This document shows, one piece after another, positions 41,001 through 53,000 of a stretch of 64,000 bases of DNA (position 1 is its first letter; every line of letters starts with the position of its first letter). The position numbers and the translations under genes are program-made. The notes beneath the pieces are model-generated. The model did not search any database and was not told the origin of the DNA. It was given only the letters and a program-made list of their open reading frames with translations. Source of the DNA: Lytechinus pictus (Eukaryota); assembly GCF_037042905.1 (NCBI RefSeq), contig NC_087245.1, forward strand, positions 13,642,001 through 13,706,000. Reading direction: 5' to 3'.

Positions 41001-44000
41001 CTCAAATACAAAAAAAAATTATATGTAACTTTGGAAAAAATCAAGTTGTCGCATTTTATTTTGTTGACTTCAGCCGTGTACCGGTGAAAATCAATCAAAT
41101 TTTTTTGCTTCAACATAAATATTATCGGGAAACTTTAATCTTGTTCAGTTGTAGCCAGATTTTCACAATATGAAGTGATATTTTAAAAAAAGCACTAGTC
41201 TTTGTGACATGGTTGATACATAGACACCAAGTTCAATGGCCAGTTCATGCAGGTAACTTCATTGTGATGTGCTGTGGTGTAAGAGAACTACAACCCTTGA
41301 CCAAATACCTACTGGCATTGAGAGGAGCCTGTACAAAGCCTAATGGAAGTAAAGAAATCAAAGCTCAATGCAGGAGTCTAGTATCTTGTCCTCAGAGTTC
41401 ACTGACCGTTGCCAGTTTGCGCCAATGCAAAGCGGCTGTGGCACCTAGTATTACCACTGTTTAGCCACTGCACGCCACTAAGCACCTTTTTTGGTGACAC
41501 TTGGTGCCACAGCTGTTTTGCATTGGTGCGAATTGGCACCAACTGGCGCGAACTGGCAACTGCCTAGTGGACTCCTAGCATAACACATGACATTTGGTCT
41601 ATTTAATCATAATCATTTCATTTATTCATGATCATTACACTGTCTATTAGACACCTGTGATGCTATCATTGAAAATAGTTCTCTAAATAGCACAAGTAAA
41701 TGAAACGTTGATTTGAGATTGAAACTATATTAATCAGCAGTTTCAACTAGTACAACAAAGTTAAATTTGTTGGGCAGGGAGGGAATGGCATGACAGCATG
41801 TACTGTGAAACAGAGGGGAAAAAATACTAGTATTAGGAAATATAGTTTGAGGAATTAGTGAAAGTTTGTTCAATTATGGTAAGTGCATAACATTTTGATA
41901 TTTTGTTTGTACTTTCAAGGTCACTGTACCTGTGTCTAATGCCTATGCATCGAACCTGAGGGTTGATCGTTTACAGAACAATACTCTGGTGAATATCCAG
42001 GCTTTAGTGGATTTCACTGGCCGGTCCTGCAGTGAACTCTCCTATATCTTTGTACGCGTCAGAAAGGGGACAAATGCCATGCCAAATTACTTGCTAGAGG
42101 GCGAGGATGATCTCTTGGATGATTCTAATCTTGGTTTTGCCCTTCAACCGTGTGCAGGTAATGATTATTATGGTGATAATGGAAGTGATACGGTGATGGG
42201 GATGATGATCATGATGAAAATGATGGTGCTAATGATGGTGATGATGATTAAGAAGAAGATGAAGGAGAAGGAGGAGGAGAAAAAGGAGGAGGGCGAGGGA
42301 GGCTGGGGTCTTAAGTTTTATATGCATTCATATATAGTCCCTTTTCATTATCCACTCATCAGATTAAAGGGGTGGTCCGGGCTGAAAATATTTGTATCTT
42401 AATACATAGAGTAGAACTCACTGAGCAAAATACCGAAAATTTCATCAAAATCGGATAACAAATAATAAAGTTATTGAAGTTTAAAGTTTAGCAATATTTT
42501 GTGAAAACAGTCATCATGAATATTCATTAGGTGGGCTGATGATGTCACATCTCCACTTTCCGTTTTCTTATGTTATTACATCAAATCATTTTTTTTTTTT
42601 TTTCATACTTAAGTGTGAATAATATGTCTCCCTTATAATGAAACAAGTTGCAGCAATAAATAGCTAACGCACTGAATCAGTTGTCAATCCAATTTTTCTA
42701 GCTCTTGGAGGAAAAAATTTGAATAAACCTAATTTCATATAATAAAATACAAAAGAACAAGTGGGGATGTGACATCATGAGCCCACCTAATGAATATTCA
42801 TGACAACTGTTTTCACAAAATATTGCTAAACTTTAAAATTCAATAACTTTGTTATTTGTTATCCGATTTTGATGAAATTTTCGGCATTTTGCTCAGTGAA
42901 TTCTACTCTATGTATTAAGCTATAAATACTTTCAGCCCGGACCATCCCTTTAACACTCCCATTCAGTAATACCCATTAATATAACAACTTTTTTCTCTTG
43001 AACCTTCATAGGCATAATTGTCAATTCTGTTATTCCAACTCTTAACCTGGGATCTAACAACATCCTTGAAGGGGATTCAGCTCATACCTTCTCATTCTCG
43101 GTTGATGTATCTACCGGAAATGGAATTATAACTGATGGAACTAATGAGGATTGGCAGCTTGAAGTATGTATCTCTGCTTTTTATATATTTGAAGTAAACG
43201 GTGTGGGGAATCATTTTATGTTGTTGTTGTCTCACCTGCATAGCAGAAGTGAGACATACATTTAGGAGCAGCTCCATTTGAATACTGCATAATCATGTCA
43301 AGGTGAAAATACCTTTTAGGCAATAAATGCAGGTGAGTCACGGGAGCATGCCACTTTGATCATTGTATTTAGGGTGTTTTATATTTGTTAAATAGAAAAG
43401 GAAGTAATTTCATTTATTCCACTTTATATAAGATTTTTTTTTTCTCCTTTCCAAACTAATAACAATATTGTTGATGTTGTATTTTTGACTGAATATTTGA
43501 TTCATCTATAAAATAATGATTTCATCTTGTGTTTCCTTTATATTGAGCTTTTTGCTTTTATATATTATGTTTATTTCATAATATTATTATATATTATGTT
43601 ATTTTACATTGTATTTGAATATTTTTTTATATGGTTAATAAATGAATTGAAAATTGAAAAAATCTAAACATTCTTCATCATTAAGAGTTTGATTTATTCA
43701 TATGTTAAAGAGAATGAATATTTCTGTCACCACTTCTCTGTCAATACTAGCAAATAAGAACCCAAAATGAATTCAAACACGTCAGATTCAGTGGACAATT
43801 CAGGATATAAGAACTAAGGCTGCAGCACACTTAATGAAATATATTTCGGTTGGCCAGTTTTTGTTGATTAAAATAATCCATTGATGCAATTCACGAAGTA
43901 GAAAATAGGCGGACATTCTGGGTTCCCATGCCTTGAAAAAATAAAATTCAAGCAAGCTTGACATCACTTGCAATGTGCTTGATTATGTAACCATAGTAAC

Positions 44001-47000
44001 TGATCAACATCATGTCTTCATCCTAGGTGTTTGTGAGTCTCTTCAACGATGGAAGAGCTCCTCTGCGGAACGTACTTATAGAGGACCTGAGTTCCCCATC
44101 GTCGCCCGACAGTCAAATTGTGTTCTCTGATCTTCAGGCTACTCTCAATCTCTCTGGTCTGGGATGCGATCAATTCAGGTACTTCTGTGCCCGTCTGAGT
44201 GCCCCCGGAGCCAACTTCACCTTGATGGGGGCTCCTACCGAATCTTCTCTCCTTGGCTGTGTTTCTTCTCAGTTAACTTGCTTAGGTAACATTCCTGCTG
44301 TGTATATGAATATCTCCTGGGGAATTACCACTTGGTCTACGTTAATCCCACTTTGTCTAATGGCTGTTTGGTACATCCTGGGGAGTATTTAGAAGGCTGT
44401 TTGGAAAGTCACTAATGAATTTACAACCGACTTGTACATGTTCTTAGATGCTGAGACAGTTACATAGTGATATATTAAGGGTCACCAGTCTTTATGTAAA
44501 GCCATGCTGCATGCATACCTTCCAAAAAGGTTTATGAAATGGCCACTGCATGTTAAGTGTCCTGGGGCCATTTCATAAAGCTGTTCGTAATTTAAGAGTG
44601 ACTTTAAGAATGACTGGTGATCCTTTCTTATGGTATACACCAAAACATTCATTGACGAGGGTTTTATGCCTAAGAAAAGATCACCACTCGTTCTTAAAGT
44701 CGCTCTTAACTTACGAGCAGCTTTATGAAACACCCACCTGAAATATAGAAGATGCAATCAATTGTATCAGTAAGCTTGCCTGTAAGTTTATGACAAAAAC
44801 ATTTACAAAACTTACAATCAATTGTAATCTTTATGTTCATTTATTTGTGATACACTCCCCTGATCCCATTAAGTAAGCATTTCATCCAACTGCTGCTTAA
44901 TCCATATGCCTTATGGTTTAACACAGAAGAGGGGTATTGCAAGAAACTTGAAAGTCATGTTTAGGTCCCTAATTCAATCATAGTTGTTTATAAAGTCTAT
45001 TGCAAATTTGGGATGGGTTTCTTGCTTACTTTTTAATAGGCCCTTGCTAAAGCAAATCATGTGTAGGTTACAGTGCTTTGCTTTGCTGTGAGTAAAGTGC
45101 TATGTGGGTGAAGGAAGATACCAACTCTAATAAATCAGATATTCAGTAAACATAAAATGTGTCATTATCATACAGATTTGGTATATCCATTATTTTGTAA
45201 GCATGATACATATTATTTTTTTCTGAAGAACAGTTTTATGTGTGATATCTTTACAGCAATTAATCTCAATCTGAGATTACAGGTCTTCACTGATACTACC
45301 CTGACCGTTGAGTGGGAACCATCCATCGGAGATTTCGATTCCTACCTCCTTGCTATTAATCCGCGGGAAGGACCAAACCCGGAATATTCGCAGATCAAAT
45401 CGCTTGGAACCTACATGCATACATTCACCGGTTTAACTCCTGGGAATAATTATACAGTCTCTATACAGCTTACCAAGGGGGGTGTGCAGAAAGGAGCGGC
45501 TAATGTCCTTTCTCAAACAACTCTATGTACGTATACTCATCTTGGTCAATTTTCAATGAAATTTGATTGGATAATTGCTCCTTTCATTAATTTTTGTCTC
45601 GCCCACCAGAGGTGAAGGCGAGACTTAGGGATCCAAATGTCGTCCGTCCGTCACAAACCTAATGACACATATAACTCCACAACCGTAAGTCGCTTTTCAA
45701 CCAAACTTGGATGGTAGATGGACTTGGGGGACCTGCATGTTATGCTGCAGTCAGAGGTCACATGGTAAGGTCAAAGGTCATTTTCAGGTCAACGTTAAAG
45801 TTTACATGCAAGACTCTCTTATGACACCTAACTCCGCAACCGTAAGTCGATTTTTCAACCAAACTTGGATGGTAGATAGACTTGGGGGACTTGCATGTTA
45901 TGCTGCAGTCCGAGGACACATGATAAGGTCAAAGGTCATTTTCAGGTCAACGTTAAAGTTTACATGCAAGACTCTCTTATGACACCTAACTCCGCAACCG
46001 TAAGTCACTTTTCAACCAAACTTGGATGGTGGATGGACTTGGGGGACCTGCATGTTAGGCTGCAGTCCGAGGTCACATGGTAAGGTCAAAGGTCATTTTC
46101 AAGTCAACGTTAAAGTTTACATGCAAGATTTTCTTACGACACCTAACTCCGCAACCATTAATCACTTTTCAACCAAACTTGGATGGTAAATAGACTTGGG
46201 GGACTTGCATGTTATGCTGCAGTCAGAGGTCACATGGTAAGGTCAAAGGTCATTTTCAGGTCAACGTTAAAGTTTACATGCAAGACTCTCTAGACTTATG
46301 ACACCTAACTCCGCAACCATTAATCACTTTTCAACCAAACTTGGATGGTAGATAGACTTGGGGCACCTGCATGTTATGCTGCAGTCCGAGGTCACATGGT
46401 AAGGTCAAAGGTCATTTTCAAGTCAACGTTAAAGTTTACATGCAAGACTCTCTTATGACACCTAACTCCGCAACCATTAATCACTTTTCAACCAAACTTG
46501 GATGGTAGATAGACTTGGGGGACCTGCATGTCATGCTGCAGTCACATGGTAAGGTCAAAGGTCATTTTCAGGTCAACGTTAAAGTTTACATGCAAGACTC
46601 TCTTATGACACCTAACTCTGCAACCGTAAGTCGCTTTTCAACCAAACTTGGATGGTAGATGGACATGAGGGACCTGCATGTTATGCTGTAGTCAGAGGTC
46701 AAAGGTCATTTTCAGGTCAATGTTAAAGTTTACATGCAAGACTTTCTTATGACACCTAACTCTGCAACCGTAAGTCGCTTTTCTACAAAACTTGGATGGT
46801 AGATGTACCTAGACGACCTGCATGTTATGCTGCAGTCATAGGTCACATGGTATTAAAGGTCAAAGGTCATTTTCAGGTCAATATTAAAGTTTACGTGCAA
46901 GGCTCTTATGACAAGTGTTATTCCATCCCAGTCATTTCACAATGAAGTTTTGATACAATTCTGTTGCGTGCTCTCGCAAATCACGATATTTCTGGTTATT

Positions 47001-50000
47001 TTCATAAGTGGGCGAGACACTAAATCGCTTTTGCCTTGTTTACATTTAGTACCAAACTAGGTGATGTCATAGAATATTCAGTATTTTCGTGACCAAAATT
47101 TTGTAGAGCATGATGAGAAACCTCCACTGAGCAAATTTGACGCCAATTGCTTTTAAGGCAACATTAATACCTATTTAGACTCACTGAGGTAATATTGTAA
47201 TTTTGGCTGTTCAATGTCAATGGATCAATGTGGGTATTCATGTGGCCATACCATGCACCCCTATCAGCCAATTCCTATTTAATTTGGTCTGTGGATGTCA
47301 ATCATCATGCAGTATTACATGTGTTCACATGCAAGGTAAAAACTGAGATTCAAAAATCAATTTTCTAATTGCGATTATATAACATCAATTCAATTGTGTG
47401 TATGGACAGAATAATCTGACTAATGATTGCAGTTCTTATCACGATTCAACTATGATTTTTCAGAGTAATTATTTACTGAGCACTTTGTTTGTGAACGAAA
47501 TTGTGATTAGAAAATCAGTTTTATCTCCCATCATTCTTTGCGGGTGTGTGCTCAATATGCTGTTCATGTACTATGCAGTGTGTGTGTGTTACGTTAGGGG
47601 ATGCATGCAGTGTATAGCATGGATGCACTCCACATTACCTTGGAGCTGTTGATCCCATTTAGTATTAACAAATGCAGTCTATGATAGTACATACATGTAA
47701 TCATTTATCATTTGATTAATGAGTTTGTTGCCCTACTTTGTTTAGCCTTTTTACTGTCAAAATGTATTTTGCCCTGTCTAGTATAACAATTCTATAAAGT
47801 TAAGTGGAGATAATCTCGGCAGTTTGGCCTATTTCTGTTGCTTTCTCATGTGTATGAATGGAAACAAAAATTTATTGAAATTTTGATTTTAATTGCAATT
47901 CATGTCGCTATCATAATCTCGCTTTTTCCCGTGTGTGAACGGTGGCTATAAAATCAAAATTTCAGTCGTGATTCAAATTTCAATATCTTTTGTGTGTGAA
48001 CAAGCCTATTGAAGCATGGTATCCAAAATGCAAAAAAAAATTTAAAACTTCTTTGAGGTGGAGGGGATGACATCATCCTTTCAGTACTCTATATGATGAT
48101 ATCCTCTTTCTTTATCATTTCCTTATTCATTGGTATGTATTCATAATTTTCCATCTTCATCCTGTGTCCCCCCTTTCCATTTTTTCAGTACTGCTAATAT
48201 TACAATCACATCACCTCCTTTCTCTTCTCATATCTCCCTTTCCCAAAATTTTCACCTCCCTTTTACTTCGAAGTCTTTAAGCAGATATTCATATGGCGTC
48301 GTACAAATGCTGTGATTTTTTTTTTTTCCGTATTTTATTCAGATCCTTCATGTCCTGCCCTTGAAGTCCCCACTGATGATGTCACATCCACGGAGATCAC
48401 TGTCACATGGCCCAGACCAGAAGGCTGTTCCAACGTTGTATCTTACTCCCTCAGCATCGCACCAGACACCGATGTGACTTTTATTTCAGATATAGCCAAT
48501 CCGTTTACATGTAGCAGCCCAACTGCTGATGCGTACAGGGCTGTTTTCTCCTCACTCACACCAGCCCAATCATATGTGATAGAGGTCAGGGCTAATGCTA
48601 GGTATGGTCCATCGAGTCCCCCAGGCTGTAATTCTAGAACTGTTGTGGCAAGTAAGTACTGTAGGCAATTATCCCTTCCTTATTATTCAATGCTTGAAAT
48701 AAACAGATTTATATGCAAACTAGAAATTCATTACTAATTAAGTTCAATTCCAAATGGTAAACTAGAATACTTTTTTGCAGCAAAATGTTTAAAACAATAA
48801 TTAACGATACCAAGGATAAATAACTTTGTGTCACTTGGTCATTGGTCACTTGATCAAATCCAGGTGTACATGCTATTTAATCAAGGGTATAATAGACATG
48901 TTATATACATTGAAAAATGAAAATATGCAAGTATATATATGTAATGAGTTACATAATCTTAATTTTTCATGCAATTCGTCAGAAAGAGAGCAGTACCTAG
49001 AAAGAGCAGTAAAAAAAACTTCAGTTCAAAAGTGTACCCTATTTTTGATATATTAAGATTATAAACTTGGTTTGCTAACAACCCCACCCCCCTTCCCTCC
49101 CCGAATCCACTCATCTAATGCTCCAATCAAGAATGTGTTTGGAGATGGTATATTCATTTAGGTTAAAAACAGATTAAGACTGATGGAGCAAATAAATGCC
49201 AGATAGATACTGTATGCCCTCCATTATGTTTGTATACACAATATATTGATCCAAGGGAAGTATATTAAAAAGTAAATGAGTATGGTCAAGTGTGTCTGCA
49301 TATCATATTTGTTCAACTCTGAAAACAGGATTATTTTACTCATATGTTTGTATCTTTTAATTTGTTTCCTGGAGAACTATCATTGACAATACCATATACA
49401 TGTATGAAATTTCAGAACAAGGTTTTTTAAACAGTAGTGTACAAAAATGACATGAGCATCATCAGTGAAGTTAAGTTATATATGTATCTACTTTGAATGA
49501 TTTCCATCCACCTTTTCTATTTAAGAGCCCGGAGCAGTTGAGCTTCAAGTGAATGCCTTCAACAGCACATCAGTGAGCCTTGGCTGGAACAGTCCACTAT
49601 CGGTCACTCCTGATGGCTACATGCTGACCATTGACATCCTATCAGCAGTACCCGATGCCGCCCCAGCTCCTGTTGATTTCCCTGGAACGGACACGGCTTA
49701 TGTGGTGTCCTCTCTGCTGCCCGGTGTGGAGTATTCATTCACTATACAAGCATACCAGAGTGTCCAGGCTATACTTTCCTTCGGGATAGCAGATACAGTC
49801 ACGCAGCGAACAAGTAATGGTTAAGGGATTTGAGTGATTTAAAACTAGGGATGTGATATTGCAAAAGTTATTTTCCAGAGGAATGATTTCCCAAGATGAA
49901 AGATATGCAGGAAATAAGGATTTAAAGATAAATATTCTTGTTTATGAGATCGGATTTTTGAAGGGACCCTCCTAAAGTGATTGTGAATTGTTGATAATAG

Positions 50001-53000
50001 AGCACCTAAAAATTAAGATGTGAAATCGTCAAATAGATCAGTAATAATTAAATCATCAAAAGAACCTCAAAACTCACAATGATAGATTCCACCTTTCCCC
50101 GCTGCAGGTGTTTTCCTTTGATTATTTAAGTATTTAATTATTTTCATTCTAATTCGCAGATATTATCAATATTTCTTGCACATGTGACGAGACTTGCTTA
50201 CTAAAGTAAAGTGATTCCTTTTAAGTATTAAGTCTAATTTAAAGTGGCACTTATTTATTGCTCTACTTATAATTCATGCTGTAAATAGCACAAGAAAAAT
50301 GCTGGTGAATTGATGCATTCATTGGTTGATTGTTGATGATGCTACCAACAATACAATCCTTCATATATTAATTTATCTTAAATTTCAATACTTTTTTATT
50401 TGTCAGCCCCGGTCCCACCTCAAAACATTGTGATCGACGCAGCCGAAACATCAGTAACCATCACCTACGAAGCCCCTCCTGGTTTCCATAGTTCCTTCAT
50501 TCATTCTCTCCTTGATGTTAATGAGAACTTGTTGAATGGTCCAAATGCCACATATGAATTCACTGTGGAGTACACAGGCTTGACCGCTGGAACCCTGTAC
50601 ACCTACAGAGTACTTACCATGGCAGGGTCAGCGACGAGCGAAACAATTCAACGGACTTTCACTTCTCGTAAGTACCAATTAAGTTATCTCGCAAGTTAAC
50701 TATTACAGCTAATCCTATATAGCTTCAAAACATTTTCTTATTTCAAATGGATGAGTGATTTATTGCTTTAAAGATGCTTCATGGTTGTTCACTCGTTGAC
50801 TCTTTTGTACACACAGGTCCTAGCCCTCCGAGGGAACCGCAAACAATATTCGTGGATGAGTCAACGATCACCATCGTGTGGGAGCATAACATCGGTCAAC
50901 GTGATGAGTACCAAGTCTCCTACACTCCGATGGGCGATAACACTCAACCGCAGTCACCACAAGCTCTGAGTGAGAATCGATTCACCCTGACAGGCATAGA
51001 TCCATACACTACCATAGATTTTAACGTAACCACCATAGTAAACTCTGTGCATAGCATCCCTGCAACCTGGAGGCAAAGGACCGTTGCCACAAGTAAGTTC
51101 ACTCATTTTATTATGTAATAATAATATAGGGTATTTATATGCGCACATATCCACCTTGTTAGGTGCTCAAGGCGCTCCTATATTACCCGGCTAAGCTAGG
51201 CGTTCATAGCGCACACAGCTTTTTAAGGAATTACTTCCTACCGGTACCCATTTACCTCACCTGGGTTGAGTGCAGCACACTGTGGATCAGTTTCTTGCTG
51301 AAGGAAATTATGCCATGGCTGGGATTCGAACCCACGACCTTCTGTTTCAAAGTCCGAAGACTAATCCACTGGGCCACAACGCTCCATTATGTGTAGCTGT
51401 ATGAGACTCTGATATATTTTAAATCAATTTGTAGTGGCTTTCCGATGGTGCATTCAACTTGTACTGTTAAGTGTTAATATTGAACTTGATTAGAAGCATG
51501 AGCGGATAGGAGGCTGAATATCTTAATGAATGGATGTGTGGATGGATGAATAAATGAACAAAAGAATGAATACATTATTGAATAGATAGATATAAGAATT
51601 GTTAGATGAATGTATTAATTGATTATTAAATGAATGGATGAATACATGAATGAAAGAATTGTATAGTTATTTGATTAATCAGTGAATAAGATAGCATACC
51701 AATCTCGTCTTTTTTGTCTAGGGCCTGATCCTGTACAGAATCTAATGCTTGTGGTTACCTCACCCAGCTCAGTCAATGTTATCTTCAATGTCCCCGACAA
51801 GCCTAATGGTTTTATCACTGGATATCTTATCTCCTATATTGGAACAAGGAGTGTGAGTATCAAAGTTTCTAGCAAGTAGGTCTTATACCAATTAGTTTAA
51901 CTCCCAGACTGTCCCATATCACTTTGGTAAAACCTTTTTGATCTGCTGTTAATTTGTCAAAGTCACGCTACTTGCAGCAGCAGAAATTACTTAGCATTCA
52001 TCGACTACTTTTATCAATCTGTCACTATATTGTTTCTTTGAATCATTGTAAAACTAGGTAATTTCCTTCATATTATATTTGGGTCTTGTTTCGTTACTTT
52101 AAGGAAAAAAAAGATTTAAGAGATGTTATATGTTTGAAGATATTTGGACCTCATCATCATTGTTTGTTTCTTTTGTTGTTTTATAAAATTCTCATCAGCA
52201 TAGTATTTATAGCCAGGGTGGTTAGTTTTCTCCATACGAAGAATTCATGGGTATTCATTTCCCTCTTACTCTGAAAGTATTTGTTACCTTTAACCACTGA
52301 ATGATCCTTGACCTTTTGCCACTTAAACAGGATGGTACTATTAGCAGCGGAAACCAGATCTTCTCTGATATCCACCCGAATGATGTCCGCATTGAAGTTC
52401 TGATTGCAAATCTTGACCCAGGAGTTGTGTACGAATTCTTTGTAAGTATTACCTCATTGTCAAGTATCCCATTTTGTACATTTATCGATGAAATAATGAC
52501 AAAATTATTTAATTGGATATTATAATTTTGCATGTTCCCCTACGCAAGGTTTTAAAAAAACCTCCAATATTGCCATGACTGAATGCCTCAGTGATTACCA
52601 ACAGGGAATTTCTTCCTGCCAGTGCCAATTTTCACCCTGTGGGAGAGGGGCAAATATTGATTCTTTTGTTGCAAAATTACATTGTTTCTTCATTTACAAG
52701 GCACATGAGAGTGGGAGTAGTGTCAATATTTCATTCCTTCTAATTGTTCAGTGTGTTGATCTTCATTGTTTTTTTATTCTATAGTTTCTTGAGTGGTAAA
52801 CCCATTTTCTGCTCTTTATAATGTTTGTATCTAGAAATTAGAGTATGCTCTTATGGCACTGAACACTTTGGTTGTTTTCAATTACTTTTTACATATTTAT
52901 TAGTGACCTTTGACTTGAAGCATTTGACCTTTTTGTTCTTAAAGGCATTTGACCTGTTACTTTTTAATGGTATTTGAAGTTTTGTTTTTTACATGACCTT

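Noticed and set aside
600..44285. A cluster of many small independent genes or a prokaryotic operon
   Set aside because: The homologous segments are bounded by AG/GT sites with matching phases and lack their own starts and signal peptides
45663..46912. Possible CRISPR array or repeat-encoded protein
   Set aside because: Whole ~157-bp units repeat with no unique spacers; eukaryotic intron; frames are interrupted by stops and indels
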